Positions 46,301-52,477 of a DNA stretch of 52,477 bases are shown here, piece by piece. The notes beneath the pieces are model-generated. The model was given only the letters and a program-made list of their open reading frames with translations. It was not told the origin of the DNA and ran no database searches. Source of the DNA: a virus (Duplodnaviria > Caudoviricetes); the IMG/VR virus record IMGVR_UViG_3300031774_000023, positions 1 through 52,477 of that record; one strand, 5' to 3'. Position 1 is the stretch's first letter. Each line of letters starts with the position of its first letter. Made by a program: the position numbers and the translations under genes.

Positions 46301-47220
46301 GCTCCCATTAAGTATTCATAAATCTGCTCTGGGTTTGTATCTCCTCTCATAGTTGATGGTATACCCATAAACAAAGAACCAGATAATGCTCTAGCAAACT
46401 TCTCGCCTTTCTCAGATTGCACAGAAATAGGGTATTGTTTGCCTTTTAAAAGATTTCCTTTTGAGTCTTTTACAGCAGGAACATTTTTACCTATAATATT
46501 ACCTATACCTCTAAAAACACCACCAGCTACAGCTCCTCCAAAGAAACTATGCATCATATTATCTACTCCATGTTGCCAAGATGACAAAGCACTAGCTGTA
46601 CCTAGATTAAAACCTCCTTCTATTACGCTTTTAGCTTGTTCTCCTAATAAAAAGCTTTTAGCTGTTCCAAGAGCCCTATTTCTTTGTCCAACATTTGACT
46701 TCACTATAGAACCAACTATACTTCTAGCTTTAGGAGTTATATACTTGTCTGACAAATACAATGGAAGACCTTTAACCCCAGCTACTGCTTTAGCGCTATT
46801 TAACAATGTTTTAGAATTAGCAATCTTACCAGCCCAACCCAATGGACCTGATAGTATGCCAGGGGCGAACCCTACAAGGTGACCTAAGTTCCTTGCTACA
46901 GCTTCATATTCATTGTCTGGATGGTCTGGGGATATATTTAAAGTTGTAAATCCTTCTATAAAACCTGCACCTGCTTGTTTTACTGCCTCTAATATAGAGA
47001 AATCTCCTTCATAAAAAGGAACATTATAGTACTGTGCATGTTGTCTTATTGAGTCTAATGATGATGCATAAGCAGCAGGATTCTTCTTATATAAAGAGAC
47101 TATGCTCCTTATTTGCTTTTCAGTATATGTTGGGTTAAACTGCTGTTCTACAGGTTGTTGTGGTTGTTGAAGCACACTAGTACGAAGCTCCACGTGCTCC
47201 TGATGATTCTCCACCTCCAA
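37297..47220 (-). CDS. Giant virion protein containing a single-subunit double-psi-beta-barrel RNA polymerase (alternative GTG start at 47175)
   Basis: SVRVPQ (42904-42912) and GGADLDGD (42781-42804); upstream FDGA, NKS, LGKY and KSAIK; located with the ejection proteins. Confidence 0.78.
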   Translation of the reverse strand: MEVENHQEHVELRTSVLQQPQQPVEQQFNPTYTEKQIRSIVSLYKKNPAAYASSLDSIRQHAQYYNVPFYEGDFSILEAVKQAGAGFIEGFTTLNISPDHPDNEYEAVARNLGHLVGFAPGILSGPLGWAGKIANSKTLLNSAKAVAGVKGLPLYLSDKYITPKARSIVGSIVKSNVGQRNRALGTAKSFLLGEQAKSVIEGGFNLGTASALSSWQHGVDNMMHSFFGGAVAGGVFRGIGNIIGKNVPAVKDSKGNLLKGKQYPISVQSEKGEKFARALSGSLFMGIPSTMRGDTNPEQIYEYLMGAYFGGSEKPWTTQKARKIWTEKVQPKFKDNPKLRQTKDPEATPDLEWKSLEPEVQNELKRIGIGAAGGTPEQITQAAYALYEGMGKKVSDIPSNKKVEDVIFKNYEDVKTNIVKKAITGAGSKKKAKALDPKKDPSLIHIITGGEEGIASEFTKEAHKRGISTVQLIAPGQKLSFGKQKSTMQVFPNTEVLSEANPIIDILSKTFNTNVANFQRTALDSIKRDYQKIKHSDAVFVIGSKISPNLKGPEGFQKYAVEMAKQLNKPIFISDTSIEGKKGANTWFKYNQNKGYFQTVNKTPKLPLRYAVLGEPLKTGFKVSKEDSNVIKELFTEYDKKGFKDDYIKKMEDKENSDKEASEMPDTGERVVTPMDNKMQYIFHRYLQKEIRDQVENNTEMNLKIMDFSKKASELANDILGLEESSKWNKLNLENKSEQWADAVEQEIGLKLGDHMRREMRKWATVQQQGVPVRIINYNGDTVSIADKNSPYSIAGLKKLMIEPIKDIEIIFAEDMQKIDKNFKMPEEGVYSILDTINKGGVDVELGRYVMNEVFNGTSLKEAISKKRSLIAKAIKKMKSQYGMHPFSGYGDKDRIMFVKYHPEFKKVKINLSEKEYKLDKSFLGELSFNEWKDMVKSNIAYDLSLNGKPIGDPKAVMSDGYIKNATGFNKRSQIWMTNGWRGDRNFIKKYGGSELKLNKNDNFKGSLIDDPEKVKNILKANNIEIEESFDGAIIATEESVDIINKDAGHPFSGQNKSFLILRDPNNGTMLGKYMIHKAHPEMSKMMKEYKDSDGVNFLIMKSAIKQRGDIGGEKGSYDLEGNQLNLRGDAKNIVEITPESFRYNHSVFQDPAMLGVNESGKYIGTTIPKQLLSLPHRDAFTKINQEVINDWYNELSQKSFDGKARSNELLYKYSQETDAKQKKKLFNDVLDNFENIGVEEVFRILREPGEEALAQEFLLKILRTNKHAIGTLSAASELSGNDLSNEIRGVVSFTGVADKLIKNMAASKESLYPLFYDKYTKNYIQKALDGYVADKVLNPKADNALMARMRPYDVYMQKLFPELNSDKKAQKTWGKNADELFYLGDLYRDTIIKTEIDNYKKTTLGELWDAYKNKLFDNDVSKKKMVEDVFEAISVRVPQDSMSGAQVLHFRGFTGVKDHGILQHGRVLRAEGGADLDGDESFVYFGGKAETGEGFGMKNSFKEMFRAQKDEYIIPKDKSKPVTPAERGKYLSTIEGAKETRRIDRAYRRFIKHTEKEHNESINSGELGTDLDGKKKDYQFGKGELHIKGEKLESSPEGIKVVWNPHLKKMPNQKWFTRDGALKEIQKKIKEHIQEVTDKNIKKSREGSELANVKEMFKDELLIGKKELKKMGIPPEIIDIMQGKDKTMPHAKFFPGVRLFTGEKAVEGRNLLAPIVSMTQNMRAAWSSVRKLANATEDLEVISYGDGTIIKKVLKAKEPSSRQRLLSSAMTAFGADPMDMTGLKNMKDLRTILTDSYFETGFKKITKKGFVDIKKSEFKNIQSIKASKKEKKEVYKDISSYDKIKGFNEALFGKNWNKDRSWTNAEKIEKLNEIETFETDSIDTALPKMALTLKNIDLNFSIFNRINSEAVKSLYESTNKEAAKLNWIKPLLGRTYLKTPFSKEIYFASKEKLHEAYVIEDFSKAYLSTDRVLRKSIEDGGYGIEPVYKDFRGNIVEKKDLTKEIMKDYLLYTLKEADRRLSDDLHDMVTLKLIEPEVRSKRITNNEVKDISKNVEAFKQTSILNQIQRRTQGAMFDDLTPAQRYAMKRTRELQLALLGETNIKDFSNEKRSKLLDMGQLDVFINKYKESLSPTGKKVFDYLLIGSLRDRNVHDKIESIFKLDKLTGDNKFNRMVKDALYEHGSKTSTTQLAYESENVSPSNIQRFLALKGKYFNKTMTEINEKSEAIKEFNKELEKVDPKENVFSINKNAVDMTGYEGLSDLKVEITSEQRKIVSELEHNLKQITDYSKMDLNQLVAGIYSDINPIVTKNLNQMNIEDFKRLNTWFEMNRKGTIRKQIERQIDEVNSAKVSGWDFMGMPEQVNKNMMARDLKMLKVKAFFQDKDGVAKEGYVLRPTYYGDTIRNMIGRLHEIEDGFSLTKQNQLNNKISFLDQVPDGEAIWNLAMRYHELQNKSESPIYEKQWKDSVEKHNWPALKVKKYIIGSGKEREEFTGHQLLKKAVKRWKEFANETYRLTRGEEGALDEYQEGWYDGHKPNPSKPKYDWKLFLRRLEKAYERGDNQHILSSLKVGIDGMRHINRSMMIDLLPATEYIKTHGWGKGTKISVDDYWKLSFKQKGYYKPGRSERAERYANLEIFSTDYRKGWFPHYFLSNKKHKESMDFELSELKKSKKSISQEEYQERQKKIFLKYRTRNGDWDIADYEMMDKMDTDLFGDTLLDLAKGKKLKENNSFLLENVNETFNSMNKREHHTGGYSVGVENAHLYIRNLSRTAFRQLANMTSRYTLHQMREHMTKKWVKGNDKERAEGQELVKGWLNFWSLYAKRAMGMPTIISDKMYNDKSLKLDASPYGWWADNRFANFINTSMKKMGLSAKIPKALKMKKGKIDFENMSKEDIESVESYLGKTAWDAQRWSNLEAKFELATLMTHPKTPINNIFGGTMHTFQSVGYEPLRKARNLKELQRINPEWTSWDKVMEFVESHGVVPEATLHQFGLDKDFRGSRAKAFVTDLANKSTGLKEISKIDMVALANKYGVSKAIMNKAALFMSVPERILRRDAFMAHYIKAWERLGGSIKNIDNPILIELAKKGVKATQFLYNSAERPAFAATALGKMFSRFQLWSWNAVRFRNDVRKQAQLYGFKPGTEAMRKFERTMQADMFIMALGSVFMYSLFGQTVPAPYNWLQDTAEWIFGDETERDRAFFGTYPSSIAPLQMITPPLARFPISVIREFAEDDYTKLADYYVWTMFPFGRMLRDVGHPETSIIANPMRIPEKVFGVPLTGFSKESKRMREGDSYTSPSPGTNLGKIL

Positions 47221-48679
47221 ATAGCATTTTATCAGGTCGTCTTATGCCACCAGATTCTGATGCAATATCTTTTACAATCTTATAGACAGAGTGTACAGTC
47301 CAAGCATCTAATCCTAATGAAAGAGCCGCAGTTGCTCCTCCAGTAAATAAACCTGCTCCTTTACCTAATAAACTTAATCCAGCTCTTCCTCCAAGTTTTA
47401 ATAAACCTTTTGGTCCAAGCCTTTTAGCTACTTCCATCATTAGTTTTGAAGTACCATGTCTTTTAGAGTAGTTTGCAATAGTTTTTAATTGCTGTTTTAC
47501 ACTAGAAGTTGGTTTAAATGAAGTTTTTAATTTATTTTTAGCTGATTCGACAGCTTTTTTAGCTTTGTCCAAAGATGCATCTGCAGCTGCAGCCTGCTTT
47601 GTTAACTCAGTAGCAGTTTTATATGTTTTGCCTTTGTATTTAAAGGTTCCTTTTTTTCCACCTGTTTTACTGAACTTAGCATTAGGATTTTTTTGTTTTA
47701 ATTTCCAAGCCTTATCAGCAGCTGTCCATTGCTTTTTAAGCCCTTCTTTTGTCTTGTCTACAGCTTTAGTAGCATTCTTTAAAGATTTTTCTGAAGATGT
47801 TAATGCTTTATCTGCAGCTTTTTGAGCTTTTATATTTGATTTTGTACCCCACCTTTTATATTCTCCTGATTTAAGCTGACCTTTTTTAACATCACCTTCA
47901 ACACTTCTTATAGCTTCTGCAAGACCTTTACCCTTACCAAGACCTCTATTCATTACAGTTTTTAATGCTGTTGCTCCAGGAACCATTCTTTTTGCAGCAG
48001 CACTTCTTGCAGCTGCCATTCCTTTGCCTTCTTTTGCTGCTTTAAAAGCTTGATAACCTTGATATGCAGCTGGCATAGCCATTGGAGACAAAGCTCCAGC
48101 AAGGTTACCAATATTGCCAATTGCACTTGGTATTATTCCTCTGCCTGGCATTACATAGTCTTCAAAAGAGGCAAAGCTTTCAGGGCTTATAGCAGATACT
48201 TTGGATAGATTTTGAAGTAACTCGGGATTACCAGCAATCATTTGTCTAACTTTGCTTTTGCTTAATCCAGCATTTTTCATTCTCTCAAATTTATTTGCCA
48301 AATTAATTCCCCACTCGCTAGATTTAGCTCTATACATTTCTGAAAAAAGAGAATATTCATCAGGTCTTAATTTAGCACCTTTATTGTTTAGATTTTGAAC
48401 ATAATCATTCCAAGCTTCAGTCAATGTCTTTACTTTAAAGTTATCACCAAAGTTACCTGATTTATTTGCAACACCTTTATATGACATTGTCCCATCTGCA
48501 GATACCTCAAAGATAGGATTCATAGACATATCTAACGTATTAAAATATTTTGAAAAAGCTTGTTGAGTTCTCTCTTCTGGAGAAGGTAATTGAGCTGCTA
48601 TTTGGGCAAATCCTTGACCTACTGCCTGTCCCACTGTACCACCTCTTGATTGTCCTGCTCCTGAATAATCTATTGCCAT
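47177..48679 (-). CDS. Internal virion / ejection protein
   Basis: 500 aa; Lys/Ala-rich, Gly-rich amphipathic C-terminus. Confidence 0.6.
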   Translation of the reverse strand: MAIDYSGAGQSRGGTVGQAVGQGFAQIAAQLPSPEERTQQAFSKYFNTLDMSMNPIFEVSADGTMSYKGVANKSGNFGDNFKVKTLTEAWNDYVQNLNNKGAKLRPDEYSLFSEMYRAKSSEWGINLANKFERMKNAGLSKSKVRQMIAGNPELLQNLSKVSAISPESFASFEDYVMPGRGIIPSAIGNIGNLAGALSPMAMPAAYQGYQAFKAAKEGKGMAAARSAAAKRMVPGATALKTVMNRGLGKGKGLAEAIRSVEGDVKKGQLKSGEYKRWGTKSNIKAQKAADKALTSSEKSLKNATKAVDKTKEGLKKQWTAADKAWKLKQKNPNAKFSKTGGKKGTFKYKGKTYKTATELTKQAAAADASLDKAKKAVESAKNKLKTSFKPTSSVKQQLKTIANYSKRHGTSKLMMEVAKRLGPKGLLKLGGRAGLSLLGKGAGLFTGGATAALSLGLDAWTVHSVYKIVKDIASESGGIRRPDKMLFGGGESSGARGASY

Positions 48680-48696
48680 ATAATTCCTTTTTTAAT

Positions 48697-49263
48697 TTAA
48701 GTAAGCCAATTCGGATTTTGTATTCCAAGTGCTAATCCACCTAGCAAACCACTGGTAGTAGAATTGGCTCTATCTGTATTGTATTGATTTGTAGCATTTG
48801 TATTTTGAACATAAGCGTTTGCTAAGTTTTCATCTAATCCTTGTTGCAATCCTGTCATTTGACCCATTATACCAGTTCCAATGCCAAATCTATTTTGAAG
48901 CATTTCCATCCACTTGTCATTAATTCCGCCAAGATTTTCGTTTGATGACATTCTTTGTTGCATCGCTATTTGACCTGGAGACATACCTGTCATAGAACCT
49001 AACTTTCCCATTTGATTACTAGCAACAGCAGCATTATTATAGCCTCCTTTGACAAGTAAATCATGCATTGCTTTGTTTACAGCAGAGTTAGGGTCTTGTA
49101 ATTGCCTTCCTAATCCAAGCTGTTCAGTTACAAGTCCTTGAGTAGGTTTAAGATAATTTCTTATCTTGTCAATATCAAGAGCAATAGGCTTTGCTGATTG
49201 TGAAGCTTGATTAGATAATAAACCTCCTGCTAAAGATGATAGGATAGTTCCAAGTATCGCCAT
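48697..49263 (-). CDS. DNA pilot / ejection protein (P22 gp7-like character)
   Basis: MAILGTILSSLAGGLL N-terminus; Gln/Asn/Gly/Met-rich helical body; AAGGAG SD. Confidence 0.6.
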   Translation of the reverse strand: MAILGTILSSLAGGLLSNQASQSAKPIALDIDKIRNYLKPTQGLVTEQLGLGRQLQDPNSAVNKAMHDLLVKGGYNNAAVASNQMGKLGSMTGMSPGQIAMQQRMSSNENLGGINDKWMEMLQNRFGIGTGIMGQMTGLQQGLDENLANAYVQNTNATNQYNTDRANSTTSGLLGGLALGIQNPNWLT

Positions 49264-49295
49264 TATGTATATATCTCCTTATATTTCATCATTAT

Positions 49296-49324
49296 AATTT
49301 ACAAATACTATCTTATTAAAACAA
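49296..49324 (-). promoter_or_regulatory. sigma70-like promoter TTGTTT-N17-TAAATT(ATAAT) for the ejection-protein/RNAP operon
   Basis: In the intergenic gap; same -10 hexamer as the other two late promoters. Confidence 0.55.
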
Positions 49325-49325
49325 G

Positions 49326-49478
49326 CTATTTTGACTTATTAGCTTTATTATCCTTAGTTTTTTCCTCTGCTTCTTTCTCAGCAGTTAAAAACTCTATGAT
49401 TCCTTGACATTTAATATAAGCCTGTTCAAGCCTCTTTAAATTACTTGCCAAGTCCTCTATCTTTTTATCGTAATCCAT
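49326..49478 (-). CDS. 50-aa coiled-coil protein (MDYDKKIEDLASNLKRLEQAYIKCQGIIEFL...)
   Basis: Manually translated; TAATG coupling; GAGG SD. Confidence 0.6.
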   Translation of the reverse strand: MDYDKKIEDLASNLKRLEQAYIKCQGIIEFLTAEKEAEEKTKDNKANKSK

Positions 49479-49714
49479 TATTTAACCTCTTTTATTTCTT
49501 TTAAAATACTATCTAATATATCATTTTTAGCGCTTTCACAGCAACTAATATATTTACTATCATCGTAATAGCCTTCAAATCCCCAACCTTTAGTTCCCAT
49601 AAAGCTATTATCTTTAGGTAGCTTATCTAATTCTTTTGAATTATCAGTATAGTTTTTCAAAGATATATTCCTCTTTTTATACTTACTTATAATATTTAAT
49701 ACTTTGTCAAGCAT
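49478..49714 (-). CDS. Hypothetical protein
   Basis: 78 aa; coupled within the operon. Confidence 0.6.
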   Translation of the reverse strand: MLDKVLNIISKYKKRNISLKNYTDNSKELDKLPKDNSFMGTKGWGFEGYYDDSKYISCCESAKNDILDSILKEIKEVK

Positions 49715-51768
49715 TAGAAGTTAGTCCCAAAGAATGTTGCGTTTTCAGTTGGAGTAGACACTCCTCCTGTTGTATACTCTATATAAGGTAATAAAGAGGA
49801 GGTTGAAATATTAGTACCATAAGATTCAAATTCACGACCATGTTCTTTATTAAGAGAGGTAAGACCATGTGGGTTGTAGCTATTATCATAAAATTCTTCT
49901 TTTTCCACAATCCCAAATTCAAAAGAACTATTGTTTTTTAAATCATTTCTAGCATCTGAGTTCAATGTAATATCTTGCTCTGTTGGAGAGCTATCAGTAC
50001 AAACATGCTCTGCTGAATATTCAGTGACATCACTTGCACCCCAACCTGATGTATGCCCTACAAAATCATTATAATTATCTGCAACTTCGTCACCTGTAAG
50101 ACTTGATTTTAAAAGTATAATATGAATATCGCTTGGATAACCTGTACTTGTACCTGTATTTACATACCTGCCTGTTATTTTAAATGTTGCGCTTGTAACT
50201 GTATCAGTTATGCCCGATGAATTAAAAACAATAAAATTCTGATAGATTGCACAAGCAGTGTTTGTAACAGGAAGACCAAACTGACCTGACGATGTAGATG
50301 AGTAAGTATTTAACATTCCGCAAGTTACTGAGATTGCTGTTGTTGATTTTCCAATTACAGGAACTACATTGTTAGCAGTTGTATTATTTCTTGCACCAGT
50401 AAGAAAGCCTGAAGTGTATCGATTTGTTGACGAATTAAGAACACTAGGTTGACGATAAATATAATAACTATCCTCAGAAGTAGATGCTGCCAAATCTGCA
50501 TCAATATATTTTATATCATATGAGTTTCTTAAATATCCATTTATTGAAAAGTATTTAGTGTATCTATAGCTTCCATCATCATTTTGTTTTAATGAATGGG
50601 CTGTTTCTAATTCTTGCAATTGGTTATAATCCTTGTCAAACAAACTAGGAGGATTTATATAGAATGATTCATTACTTACTTTAAAAACAAATTTATTATT
50701 AATTGGTTCATAATAGTTACTATCAACTTCGATAGATAAATTTTTACCAAAAACATTATTTATATCACTGCAAAATTGCTCTAAGCTAACATCTAAAAAC
50801 GAGGTGTCTTCGAAACTCTTTCTTTTAAATAATGTTTTAATCTCATCAGGTATATCATTAGTATTAATAAATCCAAAAAATACATTATCATATATGATAT
50901 AGCCAATAACCTTTTTCCCATCTTTTGTAAGATATTTTCCACTACCACCATCATCAAAATCCTCCAATCCATATATATTACACAATTTATTTATAATTAT
51001 ATCACCATAATTATCTACATTATAAGATTGAATAGTAAATATTATAGAATTTTTATAATAAACAGCACTACCATTAGGATACATATCTTCATTTATTATG
51101 TAATTGCTTAAATTAGAATCTCCAAATTCTTCTTCTAAACTATATTCTCCTGTTGTGATATAATCATCAGTTATTTTGCCAATATGACAATCAAAGTAAG
51201 GAATATCCTTATTTAAGCGATTATATGTGTTATGCATACCAAGAGTCGTATTTCCATTATTTTCGCCTATATTAGTCAAATTAAAGCCAAAATCATCCCT
51301 TATAGATGTTGTGCTTGAATATTTTGAGTTTTGAATTTCTAAACCTGTATTATGTATATCAAATTCAACTTTAAAATCATTAAAACTCTTATTGACCTTG
51401 ACTAATTGATTTACTCTTGAAGCACTTAATTTAATTTCTAAATCAGTTTCTACATTAAAATCTTGTGATTCTCCATCTAACTCTACATTAATTAAGCTAA
51501 ACTCTAATTGCTGTGTTCCAAGGTGTTGATTTTTATCAGGTCTAACTCCTACTACTTTATGTGGATTGTTTCCTTTTCTTTTACCTACACTCATTATACC
51601 TTTATCCATTAAAGATATATCTCCAATAGAAGATGTTGTATCATTAAAAGTCAAGTCAATATCATCAAATGTTCCATTAGGTTTTTTATACCACAAAGGG
51701 CTGCCTTTTGAATAAAGCCTATAGGTTGTATCATCTACTTGACAGCGTGTTCTACTTAGAGGTTTCAT
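49714..51768 (-). CDS. Tail-associated / receptor-binding protein candidate
   Basis: 684 aa; beta-rich C-terminal domain (FNSSGI..TVTSATFKI...PYIEYT); follows the tail fibre. Confidence 0.55.
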   Translation of the reverse strand: MKPLSRTRCQVDDTTYRLYSKGSPLWYKKPNGTFDDIDLTFNDTTSSIGDISLMDKGIMSVGKRKGNNPHKVVGVRPDKNQHLGTQQLEFSLINVELDGESQDFNVETDLEIKLSASRVNQLVKVNKSFNDFKVEFDIHNTGLEIQNSKYSSTTSIRDDFGFNLTNIGENNGNTTLGMHNTYNRLNKDIPYFDCHIGKITDDYITTGEYSLEEEFGDSNLSNYIINEDMYPNGSAVYYKNSIIFTIQSYNVDNYGDIIINKLCNIYGLEDFDDGGSGKYLTKDGKKVIGYIIYDNVFFGFINTNDIPDEIKTLFKRKSFEDTSFLDVSLEQFCSDINNVFGKNLSIEVDSNYYEPINNKFVFKVSNESFYINPPSLFDKDYNQLQELETAHSLKQNDDGSYRYTKYFSINGYLRNSYDIKYIDADLAASTSEDSYYIYRQPSVLNSSTNRYTSGFLTGARNNTTANNVVPVIGKSTTAISVTCGMLNTYSSTSSGQFGLPVTNTACAIYQNFIVFNSSGITDTVTSATFKITGRYVNTGTSTGYPSDIHIILLKSSLTGDEVADNYNDFVGHTSGWGASDVTEYSAEHVCTDSSPTEQDITLNSDARNDLKNNSSFEFGIVEKEEFYDNSYNPHGLTSLNKEHGREFESYGTNISTSSLLPYIEYTTGGVSTPTENATFFGTNF

Positions 51769-51856
51769 TCTTAAAGTATTTCTTATATTCTTTTATGTCT
51801 TGTTGCCAAAACTTTAAAGACTTCTTTAATATTTTATTGTATTCTTTTTTAGTCAT
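51752..51856 (-). CDS. 34-aa basic peptide
   Basis: TAATG coupling with the tail fibre stop. Confidence 0.35.
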   Translation of the reverse strand: MTKKEYNKILKKSLKFWQQDIKEYKKYFKNETSK

Positions 51857-52476
51857 TAATCTTGAAAATCCAAACTAGCTACACCATAGCATACTTGATT
51901 ATCTGCATCCCAAAAAAATGATACTATATCAACATGATTAGCAGCTGTTGTTAATGTAGGTGCAGTACCTCCTGGAAACTTAACTGCAGGGACAGTTGCT
52001 GCAGTACCATCGTGCTCAAATGCTAGCCAACCATCTGCTGCCATAAGTCTACTACCAGTCCCATCTTGCTTTAATAATACAGTAAAATTACCTGATGTTG
52101 CAGGAAAAGTTAAGTTTAAATCTGCTATATTACCAGTAAGTGTTACCATTTGTTTATTACCTGTTCTAAAATCTACATTAGTATCAGCAGCATTATATGT
52201 AGGCGTTACTAAATCAAAACCTACGCCACATCCGTCAAATTCTACATGACCATCAGGCTCTATATTTAAATGTGCAGTTGCTCCATCATCATCTACTGTA
52301 ACTAATGTTGTTTCTCCATTTGAGCCAACAGTCATTTGATAATAATCACCTGTATCTGAACTATTACTCCATTTATAAGTGTTGCTTGCAATATCCCACG
52401 ATATATATTCAACATAAGAACCCGAATTTAAACCCCATCCAAAAGTTCCAGCATTAGAGTTAGCAAAATGCATATC
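51856..52476 (-). CDS. C-terminal part of the tail fibre (continuation of 1-2538)
   Basis: Frame is open to the window end; C-terminal LKQDGTGSR...FPGGTAPTLTTAANHVDIVSF domain is typical of fibre tips. Confidence 0.75.
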   Translation of the reverse strand, partial: DMHFANSNAGTFGWGLNSGSYVEYISWDIASNTYKWSNSSDTGDYYQMTVGSNGETTLVTVDDDGATAHLNIEPDGHVEFDGCGVGFDLVTPTYNAADTNVDFRTGNKQMVTLTGNIADLNLTFPATSGNFTVLLKQDGTGSRLMAADGWLAFEHDGTAATVPAVKFPGGTAPTLTTAANHVDIVSFFWDADNQVCYGVASLDFQD

Positions 52477-52477
52477 A

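Noticed and set aside
2234-48735. Antisense and out-of-frame shadow ORFs in the track (e.g. 2234-2485, 6228-6497, 14712-15107, 21921-22445, 31135-31449, 44153-44518, 46439-46882)
   Set aside because: They lie inside longer, motif-bearing genes and have no SD or recognisable protein features.
1-52477. Stop-codon reassignment as in some crAss-like phages
   Set aside because: The standard code gives long, tightly packed ORFs, and TAA, TAG and TGA all end coupled genes.
1-52477. Prophage or temperate lifestyle
   Set aside because: No integrase, repressor, partition genes or host flanking genes were recognised.

Overview
This window appears to be an essentially complete, circularly permuted genome of an AT-rich, podovirus-like tailed phage. 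No integrase, repressor, tRNA or CRISPR array was seen. It has two arms that diverge at about 23.5-23.95 kb and converge at 36413-36416. The minus-strand late/structural arm carries a lysozyme-like protein, TerS, TerL, a P22-like portal, scaffold, major capsid protein, adaptors, small membrane proteins, a metallophosphoesterase, a 2586-aa tail protein and a tail fibre that is split across the window ends. It also carries ejection proteins and a ~3300-aa protein with a two-barrel RNA polymerase motif (R-V-P ... GADLDGD). The plus-strand early arm carries many small ORFs separated by stem-closed structured intergenic elements, then the most striking feature: a phage-encoded ubiquitin-like conjugation cassette. 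It comprises a 65-aa beta-grasp protein ending in Gly-Gly, a candidate E2-like protein, a JAB/MPN+ peptidase and a ThiF/E1 enzyme, with no thiamine or molybdopterin genes anywhere in the genome. A replication module follows (AAA ATPase, SSB-like protein, AEP primase-helicase with a 4-Cys domain, HNH and PD-(D/E)xK nucleases). All family assignments are from motif recognition by eye; no database searches were run.
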